DNA of 63,113 nt, counting the filler, from Choristocarpus tenellus KU-1152 (Eukaryota; Protista; Phaeophyceae): the NCBI GenBank assembly GCA_964200185.2. It is 12 parts of 12 records of this genome, joined end to end, with 100 filler letters (N's around TTAATTAATTAA, not from the genome) between each part and the next. Parts side by side here need not be neighbours in the genome. Positions count along the whole stretch, not along the records: positions 36,276 to 38,875 come from CAXNAD020026391.1; positions 38,976 to 48,977 come from CAXNAD020003215.1; positions 49,078 to 53,523 come from CAXNAD020014515.1; 9 more parts are not named here. The stretch is one strand, 5' to 3'. The translations under genes were made by a program, and so were the position numbers. Of the stretch, positions 38,602-52,743 are shown one piece after another (the stretch's first letter is position 1; each line of letters opens with the position of its first letter). Below the pieces are notes generated by a model. The model was not told where the DNA came from. It saw only the letters and a program-made list of their open reading frames with translations, and made no database searches.

Positions 38602-39044
38602 TACTACTACTACTACAACCACCACCATGTACTCGGACCGTAAACTAAAGGAATAGTAACGTATTATTGTATAGTAGTATGTTTTGGTAAAACAAGTGTT
38701 GGACCCAAACTGTTTGTAACACATAAAAAGAGTATACAATAACCTCTGTCCACTAACGTTAACAGCACTAACTCCCTCACCCATATATTTATTGTTAATT
38801 TAATTAGTTAGGGATGATGCCAACTCATGGTCAGAGGCACTATGCAAAAGAGAGCTACTCAAGTAGAGTATTTTGNNNNNNNNNNNNNNNNNNNNNNNNN
38901 NNNNNNNNNNNNNNNNNNNTTAATTAATTAANNNNNNNNNNNNNNNNNNNNNNNNNNNNNNNNNNNNNNNNNNNNGCAGCTACGAATGTACGCCGACAGA
39001 TAACAATAAAAAAGAAAAAGGAATAATGGGGGGGGAGGGGGGAA

Positions 39045-39090
<46 letters not shown>

Positions 39091-39131
39091 GGTGGTTTTG
39101 TAAGGCAGCAAGGCATTTTACTCCTGCGTAA

Positions 39132-39419
39132 GAGCCAACGTATCTTAGGGTTAGGGTTAGGGTTAGGATTAGGGTAGAGCCGCGTCCGTTTGGGGAGCCA
39201 AAATCCGATGTTGTAATCTTGGTGTAATTTTGGCTATCGTGTTGGTTAGGGAGTGTCAATATCCTTGTTCTGGACACACCTTTTCATAACGTATACATTT
39301 AACCTTCTCCGAAATATTTTGGAGTAGAAAAATGTCATTAAAAAAACCCCGAGGGAAGCCAAGGCTTAAATGGACAAACAGGGCAAAATTCATATCCTAA
39401 CCCTAAGATGCTTTCACTT
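39132..39419. mobile_element. MITE family A with telomeric repeats in both TIRs
   Basis: Internal body matches family A; TTAGAGGG is replaced by TTAGGG units at 39145-39174 and 39395-39406. Confidence 0.85.
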
Positions 39420-39614
39420 GGAAGCCAAACCCGATACGCCACCAAGTGCCCTCTATTTAACAGCTATTGATGGTCATATTGCAGTGCAGACTAAACCACA
39501 AACCATCTTATTATTGTTATTTTCTACTACTGCTATATTTTAGAATTATATTAAACAAAAAGAGTAAAAAAAGTGTAATATAACATACATCACTCTGATT
39601 TCAAAATTTTAAAA

Positions 39615-39617
<3 letters not shown>

Positions 39618-39654
<37 letters not shown>

Positions 39655-39680
39655 TATTATTATTATTATTATTATTATTA
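39618..39680. repeat. Compound microsatellite (GCA)n(TTA)n
   Basis: Read directly from the sequence. Confidence 0.9.
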
Positions 39681-41245
39681 CAGCACATCCCAAGAAGAAG
39701 AAGCTGAAACAAAAAAATAGATACAGCTTCTGTTAATAAAAAAATATATATATTTAAATCTTGTTCTGGTCCGTCGAAAAAACAGGAACGATATTGGGAA
39801 CCTTGTTCATATCGTAACGGCCCAGACTAAAACAAAAGTTAGGGCTAGGGTTAGGGCCAGGAAAAATTGCGCACTTCTGGGGTTAGGGTTAGGGTTAGAG
39901 CCAAAAGCGATTCATGCTTGCACTTCAAGAGTCACTCTTGGCAGAAACACCTGAGCATGATTCGAGAAAATACCTGCAACATTTGATAAAGCACAATAAG
40001 GATACTCCGATACATTTGATACTATATGATACTATTTGATACAGGCTCTCTCAGTGCAGTGCTCCGCAAGGCAGAAGAGAATGCACGAGCTAGTCCTAAC
40101 ATCCAACCCCAACCTTAACCTTAACCTTAACCCTAGCCTGTGAAACAATCATTTTTTTTTAATTTATTAATTTTGTTTGACGAGGTCCGCACCTAAAGAC
40201 CGCTTCTATATTGCTTACACGCAGTCAGCAAAAGTCTCTTGAGACTATTCAACACAAAACAAAAAACTGCAGTCAGGGCAGGGGTTTGGGAGGGTTGAGA
40301 GAGTCTTCAACACATACATTCTTCAGTGTATTGGCACACCTCGGGAAAACTTTCCAAAAAAATAAATAAAAATAGATTAGACAAAAAAATAGTAATGGCA
40401 CAACACTTACAACAGTTACACAAGAAAATAATAATAATAATAATAATAATATATATAAATATATATATATATATATGTACGAATAAGCTTTTACCCAATT
40501 CAACCATGCGAACACCCCACCAGGAGGGCATAAAAAAAAACTGGGAAGGAGGAAGAAGGGAGAAGGTAGAAGGGGGGGGAGGCTGCTTTGACCTATGCCC
40601 TTGAGATACACACACAACTTCCCAGCTACAGATCCATTCTCACTCGGCTAAACTTGGGCAACATGGTACACAGCTATGTACACATCCACGTATACATATT
40701 ATTTTATAATATTTTGGAGTTATTTCCTAGGAGAGGAAAAAAAAAGAAGCAACGCGCAGAAGAACATAACCAACAATATTTTTATTCATATTCACACAAC
40801 TAAAGTTCCACCAGTATTTTTCCAAAAAGGCCTTCCTGTACTACATAGGCAACAGCTAATTCTCAATTCAAACCTGTGCACAGCTCTAAGCACCCAATGT
40901 ATGTATGTATGTATGTATACAGGGACAGTGAGTTCGGGGCTGTGCCCTCATCTAGGTAAGAAGGCAAATGAGCAAGCCCACAGGGGTTATGGCTCTGTCC
41001 ATCCCCAAGTCTCAAAGGGGGGGGTTTGTTTCATATCAACATATCAACACCCGACTGACTGCATCCAAAGCGTTAGGGTTTTGATACCATGTGCATTGAC
41101 TGCATGTAATGAGCTACTTCATTCCCCATACCAAAAAGGTCGTTCAGGAAGATAAAGGCATCGTATCAATGGAATGCAAGATGTAGAGCTGACACACAGT
41201 TGGAATTTCAAAACTTTAAAGAGAACAAGACAAGCAAATGCTCAC

Positions 41246-43272
41246 CAACCCTTGTGCTCACACAGCACCCTCATGGTGTTCCAAGTCTCCCACGGATCTT
41301 CTACCAAGCTTGACTCTTCCTTATCTCCCCCCACCCCACCCCCAGTTTCATCTCCATTCGCTGCGCTGTTGTTCTCTCCCTCAATGGTCCTTCGAGGTGG
41401 TGTAAGGGCCTCTGGATATACTAGCGGAACTCTCAGCCATACCTGCATGTATGTCAGCTCTTGTGACACCTGAAGATGTGAACCCGAAGTGATAAGGTCT
41501 CTAAGACACTGCTTGTGTCTCCAACAAAGGCAGTCCCATTTCAATAGTAAAAAGAGTATTGTGTATTTATATGCAAGGAGCTACTGGGGGAAAATACTTT
41601 GAGATCATACCTTCCTAAGGGCTCCAAGTTCCGTCTCAGGGATCACAGCAAGACCACAACGAAGACATTTGGATACTTTTGTTCAAAGTGTAGTGGGGGT
41701 AAGGTTAGGGTTGGGGTTAGACTCACCTGATTGAGACACCTAGCGTAGTTGGAACAGGCAACAGGTTTTGGAGTTGGAGCTATCACGGCAGCCAACGCCA
41801 AATGAGTTGCCCATGCCATTTCCTGTGTGATTGTATCAATTTAAGATCAACATTGGAAGTGCAGCCACAGAGCACCATCGTATGAGGAAAAAAAGGATGA
41901 AATAAATATCATCACCTCCTAAACCAATGTAGCAGATTGCATTAATGGAGGCCGGGGCTCCATATTGATGTGCAGAGTTGTGCATTTGACACACCTCTAC
42001 TGGTCAAAATTTAACCATAAGAACAGAAACAACATGTTACGGAAAATAATCATAAAATAATCCACAATAGTATGCATCTACAAGGAGTGTGCATTGGATC
42101 TCACATAGCACCAAGAAAACTAAGCCCTCCATTAGTTTCAAGTTTCTTTTGTAGTATAATCATGACCCTACATTTTTCTATGCTCAGATAAGCAGTCCCC
42201 TTGCCCACACTGACGAGCAAACTAGTGATAGAAGCCTCAACACAAGCAAGGTTCAACACCTTGACCATTTTCAATGCTAACCTGCTTGAAGGCCAACTCG
42301 CTTGCCCATGCCGAATCTTGACATGGAGAGTCCAAATCTAGCCACTGCATCAATGCAAATCAGTCATGGAGCGTCAAACGATAGCATGAGAACTGTGTGA
42401 GGCAGACCACAGAACTATACATCATAACCAGATGACGACATAGATCCGTCGAGGGAAGGGAAGATCGCTTGGACTTCGCGATATATCGAGTGTAGGTCCA
42501 CGATCCCGAGCCTGGAAACTTCTACCAAACGTGAAACCGCCAATATCTGAGCCAACATGAGACTTAGGTTGTGTTTCAAGCTGAGGGGTGTCGGGACTCC
42601 ATACCCGCTATGAGGAGTTGGGAGACGATCGATTTTGATTCAAGCACCTCAACTATATCAATAGGCCGCAAAATCCTCACCTCCGATATTTTACCAACGA
42701 TCAGGGAACTCCACTGTCTACTGTCCAAGAGGAAGTCGCTCCTTGTGAGAGGCATTTCTCGTTTACTGCTCACGCCCAGGGCATCACGGTTCAAGCGAGG
42801 ATGAACCTTGGCAAAGGGAGGCGGTCACAACCGTACTAATCAGTGGAAATCTTTTGAGAAAATCATAGAAGACGATATAGCAAGATAAACGGGAAGGTGA
42901 AAATTATTCCGGCCTTTGTTGTGCTGAAGTCTTTGGCACTTACCAGCGGGATTGCCACGAAGTCGTAATGCTGTTTTCGAGCTGTAGATAGATCCACGAA
43001 CGGTGCATCGCGAACGCAGTGGTACAGGAGTAGGGCAAAGAATGAGTTTACGGCTATGCGACATAAGTTGGCGCACACCAACCCTAAGCAACCATTCTTG
43101 CCACAGTGAACCACAGCCCACCAAAGATTACCCAACAAGATCAACAGAGTCAGCCGTAAATTTGGATGCTGCAAGCAGGGAAACGCTTACCATCGTCAAG
43201 GAGATCATTAAGATCAGGTACACAGTTTGTCTCGAAGCCAATCACAAGCTTCTGGGATTTATCAGCCGACAT
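41246..43272 (-). CDS. PRMT5: Protein arginine N-methyltransferase 5, N-terminal TIM-barrel exons (partial)
   Basis: Exons 43272-43191, 42981-42944, 42806-42681, 42344-42282, 41822-41727 and 41469-41246 splice in frame via GT-AG: [94 protein letters not shown]. Confidence 0.93.
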
Positions 43273-43547
43273 CTAACCTACAGGTGAGTGGTGTGTCTAT
43301 GAGTCCGATTGGAATGAGGAGAGGAAGTCAATGTTACCCTAACTCTAACACTGGCTTTTTCTTTTTGTGATAATATATTATACTATTGAAGGACTATTGT
43401 AGTTTGAATTAATGATAGAGCGTCCGTCCAAGCATCCACCAAGATTTTCATCTTTGTCCTTCGACAAATTATCAAGACCATTAGTTGACACGTTGGGTAA
43501 CTCATAATCTTCCAAACCTGAATGTCGTTCGACGATACTCCTTCGGC

Positions 43548-46500
43548 ATGGACGAGACAAACCCTATGAAGATGAAGGTACAGAATTCCCACATACTTAC
43601 ATTACTCAACCATGTAGATTGTAAGAGCTTCAACAAGATGTGCTTGAACTGTGAAACTGATTCGACAAGATGTTCTTGAACAGGTGGCGGACCTGAAGTT
43701 TGAGCTCGGCTCTCGAGGACTATGCCAGACAGGGCTCAAATTCGATCTCGCCCAGCGTCTCCAGGCTGCCATGGATGTGGAGGAGTTTGGGCTTGCGGTC
43801 ACCCAAGTTGACAAGACTCCCCATGAAAACATGGTATCGAAGACGGTTGCTGATGAGAATACCGAGGTGAGATCAATCAGCAGAAAGTATCAATAGCGAT
43901 AGCCTTCGAGCACCAAGGCACTGCGCTTAACAGGAGAAGGTTAGGCAATGTCATATATTTGTCTCAGGTCTTTGAATACTCCCTTTCTCAGGGAGACATT
44001 GTCCCTGCTCCATCGGAAGGAGACTTGTCGAGGGGCATAGGGATTGACGGATTATGTCAACCTCTTGAAGACGGATCTTCCTGTCCCAATGAGATCAGTC
44101 AGATGGGGGATGTAACAGGAATGTTGGTCATAAACGAATTGCTAAAATATGACAATGTCAAGAGGATAAGTGAGACAGAGAGAACAGAGAGGAACCAAAT
44201 GGACAAGGAGCAGAAGGATCAGAATGGCGAGAACATCTCCGCGACATGTTCACCTTGCCAAAAGACGACAGCGTCGATGGTACGGATCTTCTAAATAGTC
44301 CGCGATGTTATTCCTGCTTTGCAACGCCCTATTTTCCGCTTTCTTCATATTTTTAATTACATCCCGTTCTATCCCAGTCACGCTGTGGCAATGAAAGACT
44401 AAAGCTCTGTATCTTTCCTATCATCTCTCGGCACTAATCACTGCAGACCACGTCAAGCCTGACTGTCGGCACATGGGCGGGCAAATGCAGCAGCTTAGTT
44501 GCGGGATTATATTGTGTGATATTGCTTGGCTTAATGCCCGAAGATAGTGGTAGTATAGACCGTCAGACTTGAATGTAAGATTTGGTTGCTTAGATATATG
44601 TGCGCCACCCTCTTCTCATCTTGGTCGTTTGTCCTGTTGTTGCATTAATCAAGGACCTAGCTACAGTGGTTTTGACCAACTGCAATGACGGAACTACTTG
44701 TATCAAGAATGCAGACAATGATGCAGAAGACAATAGTACTGGCAGCAGTCAACATCAAGTCGGAAAGTTGGGTGACAAAGACAAAGACGATGAAGGACGG
44801 CTACTTATAGACGAGGAGGAGGACCCCAAAAAGGGCCAGGAAGATATGCGTGCCTTACCAGACGATGTGTCATCTCTCACAAACGCCCCCCCTGCTGTTG
44901 GCGGCATCTGCAATGAGAAGGTGTTCAGCAGTGGTTTTAATGAACCAAAAGCTAAATATCATTGCTTCATTCTGATCTTGGAAACGTTCAACGTAGTCAC
45001 AAGAAGACCCGAGTCCCAGGTAGTCCAGACCGGAGCTTCTTCTACTGAGTATGAAGTACCGAAGTACTTCGAACTGTGTGAGTAGAAATATACAGTATTC
45101 CGGAAAATATGAATAAGTGTCGTTTGTTCTCTATCTCCTAGTGATTGGAATCCTCGTCTCAGATGTGAAGAGAGCGGAGTACTACGAAAGCTGCTTCTTG
45201 CTCTACAAACTTTCTATTCCACCTCCTATCAAGTCCATTGTGACCATAGGAGAACACCACTCAAGAATTAAAATCCTGCGTCGTCCCTGTCGCTCTCAAC
45301 GCCGGTTTCACACCTCTCTCGTGGCCATTTTTTCACAGGGTGTGAAAGAAGATGGAGGAGAGTGTACCACTGAAGGACGGAACAAGAACCAAAGAACAAG
45401 CAAGAACCTGAGGTGGAGGGTGGAGGGGGGGGAGGAGGAGGACGAGGTGCAGACCAAAGCGGAGAACAAACAAGAGAGATGTGTGCAATCTACTGATAGA
45501 GTCGATCTCAACGTAATTAAGAGCACAGGGTTATCTCAGGGAGAGAAGATGATTAAGCGCAAGGTCAGGTTTAAGCTCCCAGGGTCTTTTGCAGCCAAGA
45601 TGGTCACGAGGGCAGTGCGATTCAGTAATGCTGTTGGACCCCCTTCACAAGTGCTGGAAAAGCACTCCTTAAAGAGGCAACAGGTTGGTAATGATGACAT
45701 GATATGCAATGAGCCCAGATGCCCTTCTCTTGGTAATGAACACAAAGTATGATGCACTATGCACACTTTTACTGGAGACTTTTCATTCCTCTGACTGAGT
45801 CATCTCATTATGCAGGGAACAATACCTTGTGCACGAGATTGTTGGTGTCAGAGAGCAGGCAGGGTGAATGAGTGCATCCCATTGACTCAATGTGATGGTA
45901 TATTATTATTCTATTTGTGTATCTGTTGCTTTTTCTCATACCATGTGCGCTACCTCTCAACCTTTGCATGACTCTTCTGGGTGGGCCCCTCCTTGTGATA
46001 TAGATCGAGGCATTCTATCCGGTTACACCTCCCACAGTATACTCTGGAGTGTACTGGGTGTTCTTGTGGTCAATTCCGAGTTCAATTTACTCCCAGGAAC
46101 CCCCAAAAATGTGCCAAATCTCCAGACAAAGGATACTAGAAAACATTACCTTTTATTTACTCCAATGCCTCCCACCATTGGTCAGGAGTTGGGTGACTCA
46201 GCTTATGAGACAAATGGACCTCTCCCTCAGCATCCAACACGTGTTCGAATCATCCACAGAGCACAAGCCAAGTCCGGAAGGAGAGATGAGGGGAAGCAAT
46301 CAATATCGACCGTTTCATGTGCAGACACAGGAAGCAGCAGTGACCCACCAGAAAATCAATCTGGGGCATGGGTGGAGTTGGCACCAGCACCGACGCCTGC
46401 TACACTGGCAGGGAACCAACCAATGCTGGCGAAAAAACTGGCAGATATTCAGGTGTACAGGAACCTCACTACCGAATTTTGTAGTGCCATGGCTTGCACC

Positions 46501-47376
46501 GATCATTGTGGCACTTCTATATCCCCTTTTGATCCCCTCAAAGTCTAAGTATCTTAGAGGGTAGAGCCGCGTCCATTTGGGGGCCAAAATCCAATGTTGC
46601 GATTTTTGTGTAATTTTGGCTATCGTATTTGCTAGTAAGTGTCGATATCTTTGTTCCGGACATATACATGATACCTACTCTGAAACCTTTCGGATTACGG
46701 AAATGTCCTTTTAAGAAAATCGTGAGAAGCAAAAGCCCCGAACGAACAAACAGGGCGAAAATCGTACCCTCTAAGATACTTTCATTCTCAACTACCGAGT
46801 CCACCGGAAAACCCAGGCGTTCTATGCGTGCAAATACTTCTCTCACTAACCACTTCAGAATCTTACCGATCTCGATGTGTCACATTCATGGCCCGTTTCA
46901 CAGGTACTTCTCCTCTCTAGTCAGTTAGTGCTACAAAGCAACACTAATCTCTCCACTTTTTTCTGCTTATTTTGAATAGAGTGTGCTTGCCACTCAATCG
47001 GCAAACTCCCGAAGACATGTTTTACAGCTTTTGAAGGATCTGATGGCACCAACTACCCTTGTACTTGCACAGAGCTCCTCCTTGTTCCTCTCACCTCACA
47101 ACACTGATCCTGCACAATTGCACATCAACAGGCCGAGAAGCTCAGAAAGCGCCAGGAACGTTTCAATGTCGATACAGTCACTACTACCATTTTGGCTCAA
47201 GGCGTTAACCTGCCGAAGGGACGTCATAAAGAAAGCACTCAAGTCGCACCCTCGATCCTTGTTCTGAAGGGCCCTTGTGGAGGATTGGAGGGTAGGAAAA
47301 ACAATCAGCAAGCAGAGGAGAACAAAAGGGAACGAGCAGAGCAGCAGGCTGTGAAAATGGAAAAGAGAAAGAAGAG
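43548..47376 (+). CDS. SAP-domain protein (SARNP/Tho1/MOS11-like), partial
   Basis: Exons 43548-43577, 43684-43866, 43968-44279, 44654-44920, 45339-45746 and 47270-47376 are phase-compatible. SAP motif MKVADLKFELGSRGLCQTGLKFDLAQRLQ; KMxxRxxRF motifs; acidic linker. Later exons less certain. Confidence 0.75.
46541..46787. mobile_element. MITE family A variant, TSD TCA
   Basis: AAGTCTAAGTATCTTAGAGGGTAGAGCC ... TACCCTCTAAGATACTTTCATTC, flanked by TCA/TCA. Confidence 0.88.
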
Positions 47377-47899
47377 GTAATTTACAGTGCTTTCCAGGCT
47401 ACAACTTACTTGTCTGGCATGTTCCCTCCCAGTGAAAGGCAATATTTCTTCACTGGAGGATGGTAGCAAAGGGGCAGAAAAGCATACTGCAATATTGCAT
47501 GTGTATTTTTTGTACCTGTTGAGAGAGGATGAAAAAATAGTCATCATGGTACTTGCCGGTGAGCAACGTATGCAGACTCCTGACTCTGGTCGATATTCCT
47601 ATGCTGCTCAAGATGTTTGGGTACACCAATTCATCCCAGACTCTGTCAACGGCTTGGTTGATGTTATTGGCAAATTGGGCAGTGTTTTATTTGTACAAGC
47701 TGGCACCCAAGTAACTGGAATTCGTGATTATATTGGGTAAGTATCGTCACCAACAAAGTTCAGTTGACTGTATTTGCCTGCGTGTGCCACAGAATTGTAA
47801 TAGTTTGATGTACCTGGAGCCTCATGAATTTCTCCAACAAAGCAAGGCACTCACCAAGCTCAGCACTCGCTTTGTTATGAAGATTCAGGTTTGAAAACA

Positions 47900-48450
47900 C
47901 AGCACCAGAATCCTGAGGAACACAGGGAGTAGTTTAATTCCATCTGAACAATGGGATGGACTCGGGCAACTTGCCACGAACTGTGACTACAATGCACAAG
48001 CTAGTGCTGTAGACTTCTTTCAAGGTTGGCGGTGTGGTACTTTGGGGGCAGTACCACAGATCACCTTTCCAATACATAACTGCATTGCAAGAGTACCAAG
48101 CTACACAGATCAACATACTAAAGTCACTTCACACTCTGGTGGTTCAGGAGGATGTGAATATTTCTGGGAAACCTCTTTAAAGATGCTTCGTCAACCCCTG
48201 GCAACAGTGACAAGTGAAGCACGCATTGACCTAGAGGTTGTGTGAGAGAGCAGGAAGCCCAGAAGCTGGAGTAGGAATATTTGTTTATATGTACGCAGTC
48301 TTGGACTACTTCAACTTGATGTATTTGGCAGCGGCTACACCATGGCTACCTTCCAATTATCATTATAGGAAAGGTTACAGCAACAACAGTCACTTTCTTC
48401 TCAAGATGGCCTCCAGAATAGAAGTTTGAAGATGTTATGTAGACATTGAA
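47900..48450 (+). pseudogene. Possible piggyBac-like transposase relic
   Basis: LPRTV/DYNAQASAVD resembles the PxxVxxYNxxMxxVD motif; downstream AVLDYFNLMYL; many disruptions. Confidence 0.25.
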
Positions 48451-48958
48451 GGGACAAAAAACGATGGTCGTACAACGTCTACAAGTGTACAAAAACCTTG
48501 GGCACTGTCCTGCACATCATGGAGGGACAGATGCCTCTAGGCAGAGAGATAAGCCCTCAGCTTCTAGTTCAGAAGGTATGGATGGTTCAATAATGGTGTT
48601 GTTAGGTGGGGAGCTGATAGCCCACAAGAACACATTAATAGATCGGATTGACAACAATGGTGGACTAAATGGTGGGGTCTCATTATTTGAAGAAAAAAAG
48701 ATACTATTTCAAGGGGTTCTTAGACCCCTCACACGTCGAACTCTTCCTCCTCTTCATTATCATTCCAATCCTTACACAAAAACAGCGTATCAGTTACGAT
48801 CTCTAAAGCATGCTACGCACCATCACTATGTCATCCACTTGAGTGGAAAGGAAGTAATGGACATTTGTCTAAGGTATAGAGAACACTACTATCTGTGAGA
48901 GTCCAGCAAATACTACCCTTGGGACAGGCAGGAGTGCCACAACATGCCAGGCATCATG

Positions 48959-48977
48959 GACCCAAAATATCTGGGGG
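48959..48977. mobile_element. MITE family B end at contig end
   Basis: GACCCAAAATATCTGGGGG. Confidence 0.7.
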
Positions 48978-49175
48978 NNNNNNNNNNNNNNNNNNNNNNN
49001 NNNNNNNNNNNNNNNNNNNNNTTAATTAATTAANNNNNNNNNNNNNNNNNNNNNNNNNNNNNNNNNNNNNNNNNNNNAGTATCAAGATACTACCATGCCC
49101 GTGTACACTGATCAGGACACATGGAGCGTTCAAATCGCTCCAAAAAAAAAAACATGAAAAATTCAGAAGCACAAA

Positions 49176-49362
49176 ACACGCACACGCACACGCACACACA
49201 CACACACACATAACACATAACACACACACACACATAACACACACACACACATAACACACACACACACATAACACACACACACACATAACACACACACACA
49301 TAACACACACGCATAACACACACACATAACACACACACATAACACACATAACACACACACAC
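49176..49362. repeat. (CA)n microsatellite punctuated by TAA
   Basis: Repeating ATAACACACAC.. units of variable length. Confidence 0.9.
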
Positions 49363-52300
49363 ACCATTATTGCGACCAAACCGATACTTCACGAAATGCC
49401 TCTTCCTCTTCATCCCTCCAATAAAAGAAAGCTTAAGAGTAGAAACGAGTTCGCCACACAGATGTGGGTTCCACATTTGCCCCTCTTGGCCCTTCTTGAA
49501 GTCGAAAGGAGTTGCTCTTATCCCCCACACAGAAACTCCTAAACCAATTTGTTAGTTTTGGCACCAATTATATAGTGTGTCCTGTTCCTAGTGCATATTC
49601 CTGTTTTTCTTGCCCCTCTATCCTGCTCCCCAAGCTCAAGGGTTCGCGAAACCTAGAATCAATGTTCTTTTCAAACTGTTTCCTACTATAAATGGCGTTT
49701 TGCCACAGCAACGTACACTATCCACAACGATTCACAAGACAACTTGCTCGGTAAAGTGTACAGTTTCAGATAGCTCTTTGTTGCCTCTAACACCAAAGCG
49801 GTTACATCGTGTTATGCAAAAGACCCGTTGTCTCAGGGTGAGCAATACATACAAACATACATACATACATACATACATACATACATACACACATATACTA
49901 CAAGTAGTTTTGTATGATATTGATACTCCATTTGTTAAGACAAATCCCTGATAATTGCAGGACAAATTATTTTGGATGTTGACCACCACTGGTCAAGCGC
50001 AGGTATCTCATTGTTGCAACTCCCTGTTGTTCTAGTGCTGGCAGTGCAGAAGCCAACTCAATTGCATCTATTTAATGCAATGGTAGAGCCATCCGCCATC
50101 ATTCCAGGGAACAAAAAATTGTGCTTATCTAAAGGCTACAATGATTTCATTCTCAAGGCATCATGAATTAAACGCATGCTCAGGAACTACACACTAGCAG
50201 CTGGCACTACGGAATGATGCAATGGATGATTAGCCCTATGCCACAACAAGAAGTCAATTTGGGCTAATCTCCCTCTCAAGCGCTACTAATCGAGGTCAAA
50301 GTCACAAACAACACTAGAAATGGTTAGCTCCCAAAAAGAAAAACAAAAGTGTATAGTACCTATCGCGAGAGACCAATGAAGTTAACGATAGTGAACATTC
50401 TCCATCTCATCATTTTCGACGACACTTCGCACTGTTTGCCCATCATGTTAGCCCATCTCGAGAGTACTTTGGCAAGGAAAAGGATTTCCATCAGCATCCA
50501 TCATGAATTCACAACGGCATAGAAGTGGTGCGTTCTATACACCGAGAAGCTCTAGCTACACAACCACACCTTCGGTTTAACGTACCTGAATGCTGTCTCC
50601 TTCTCCCACCCCCGCCTCCTTTCGACCCAGGCCCTCAAGAGCACGTCCAAATGCCCCGCCCGCCACTAGGTCAAAGAGGTGTAACTTCGGCAACGGCTCA
50701 AATCCAGGTCCCAACCCTAAATCTGGGCCTAATGGGCCCTCCAGACCATCTTCCTCTAGGGGCCTTGTGCTCGACTCCTCGCCCATCGCAGTCATGACTA
50801 GCTCTGACAGTCAGTACAACTCCTGTGATTACCAATGCAATGAGATTTGGGGAACCCCAACTTCGTCCATGCAATTTTATACCACTGAAGGTTGGGAGCA
50901 AGAAGAACACTGCCTATGTTGATGGCCTGGAAAAGGGGAGGCCGGAGATCCGACCGTAGTCACTGTCATACAAGTTCCTACTTACCAAGGTACCATCGTC
51001 ACAACGTGTTAGACAGAGGAGGCTAAGAGACACACTTTTTGAATGACGATTGTGAGACAAGGGAACCTTCAGGAGAGAGAGGACAACCCATAACGTGCAT
51101 ACATATAAAAACCTTCCCGAGACATTCCATTTAGGTCAAGTCTACTACGAAGATCAACGCCTTATCGAGTAGTACTCATCGGGAGGAAGGGTCTGCAAAG
51201 ACGACAGGGTCTTCAATGTTCTCCATTATACAAATGCCCTCAAATCACACAGGTGGATATCATATTACTGACATGCTAATGAATCATATATACTCTTAAG
51301 AACCTACCCAAAGATGGATGTCTCGCAATATGTCGAGCAGTAGGAGTGCAACCCAGTCCACCTCCCAGTGTACTCCTAATACTCGGGATAACAGCGGACT
51401 AGTAGTGCCTCCTGATGATAACAAGGGAGAATATGTCGAGTAGTGGGAGGGCACACCAGGTGCACCTCCCAGGCTACTCCCAATACTAAGGATGACAGTG
51501 GCTTAAGAGTACCTTGTGAGGATGACAAGGGAGAATCCTCTCTTTTTTGAGTGGATATAGCTTCGGCGAGACCGGGAGAGTATCGGATCATTTGGACCAA
51601 TAGAATTCATCGTGGGAAACATCACCTATACCAAATGAAGATGGTGATGGGCTGGGTATTTAACAATAGGTAATAGCGATTCACTTTCTACTGAAGAAAC
51701 CAAACTTCATCCCGCAAGGTCTCGTTTTGGTTGTACTTAAAAGGGTAGGGGTGGCGTGCGCTTGATAGGCCCTCCTTGGTAATTTGACAAGTGCGTGATT
51801 GCTACTAGTTTTGCAAGTGTCGATACCCAAGGACAAGTACGTATTTTTGTTGCAAAGGTGAGCTCAAAGAGGAAGTGCACCGTACTGAGAGCAGGCGTCA
51901 AGGAGAGGGATGGCTCTAGAAGAGCTCCATTCCACGGTCAATAGGTTCACCTTCAACCTGTTTGGGACAGAGACAGAGAAGAAGGTATATTTCAATCCTG
52001 TGTTTTCTTTGTCGGAGTTTTCGGTGAAATTATGACTGTTCTGTCCCTCAATATCGTGATTAGGTACTCTTTCATTTGAAGTCGAGTGAGGCGACTGTTA
52101 AGATTATCTCTCATCTCCTAGGCTTCCTCCATCAATATAGAATGCTTCGTTCGCTATGCTTTGGAGGATACAACCTGGGGAAGACCGAGGCAAATGGAAC
52201 ACTTAACTTGAACCAGTTGCAGCTATATTCATGTGCTACTTGTTGACCTGGCTATTAGTTCGACGAGTGAATCCCTTATTGTGCTGCCATTTAAGTATAT

Positions 52301-52743
52301 AGTATAGTGCATCAGCTCGGCAAATGGGCCATTATGTATTGAGGGTGTAGGGTTCAGGGATCCTTCGTATCTCTAGATTCAGTAAACAGGTCGAGACTTG
52401 GCGGGTGAATCATTGCAAGAGAGTCGAAACCCACGATTTCCTGGGGAAGAAAGGAAATAGTAAAATCAACAGTATCTAGGGATCCCATCTCGTAACATTC
52501 TTGGCACATGTAAATTGCTCATTGAGTTGCAGAGGGTGGGTTTGGTGCAGCAAACCTTTTAACCTTAACTGTGATCTCGCCTCTCAAGTATAGTGAACCT
52601 TGTCTGTTGCTGCAAATCTCAGTGCTTATTATGGTTGGACGTTGCAAGCAATGTTTGTTCCAACCTCCCACACTTCTGGAGGTTCTTCTGCCACATCTCA
52701 CACGCCATGTTGTCATCGACGTTCCTTCGTCGGTCGTATATCT

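Noticed and set aside
38924-39116. Poly-proline ORFs here and at 58233-58756
   Set aside because: G/C homopolymers at contig ends, of unreliable length.
45892-46548. 218-aa ORF inside the SAP gene intron
   Set aside because: No recognisable motif and it ends at a MITE; a product cannot be supported.
46538-46928. ORFs with MDAALPSKIL / KWTRLYPLRY peptides recurring across the window
   Set aside because: They are translations of non-coding MITE A TIRs.
49026-49530. Cys/Val-rich ORFs
   Set aside because: Translations of the (CA)n microsatellite.
50525-52500. LTR retrotransposon
   Set aside because: No recognisable RT, integrase, zinc knuckle or paired LTRs; left unannotated.
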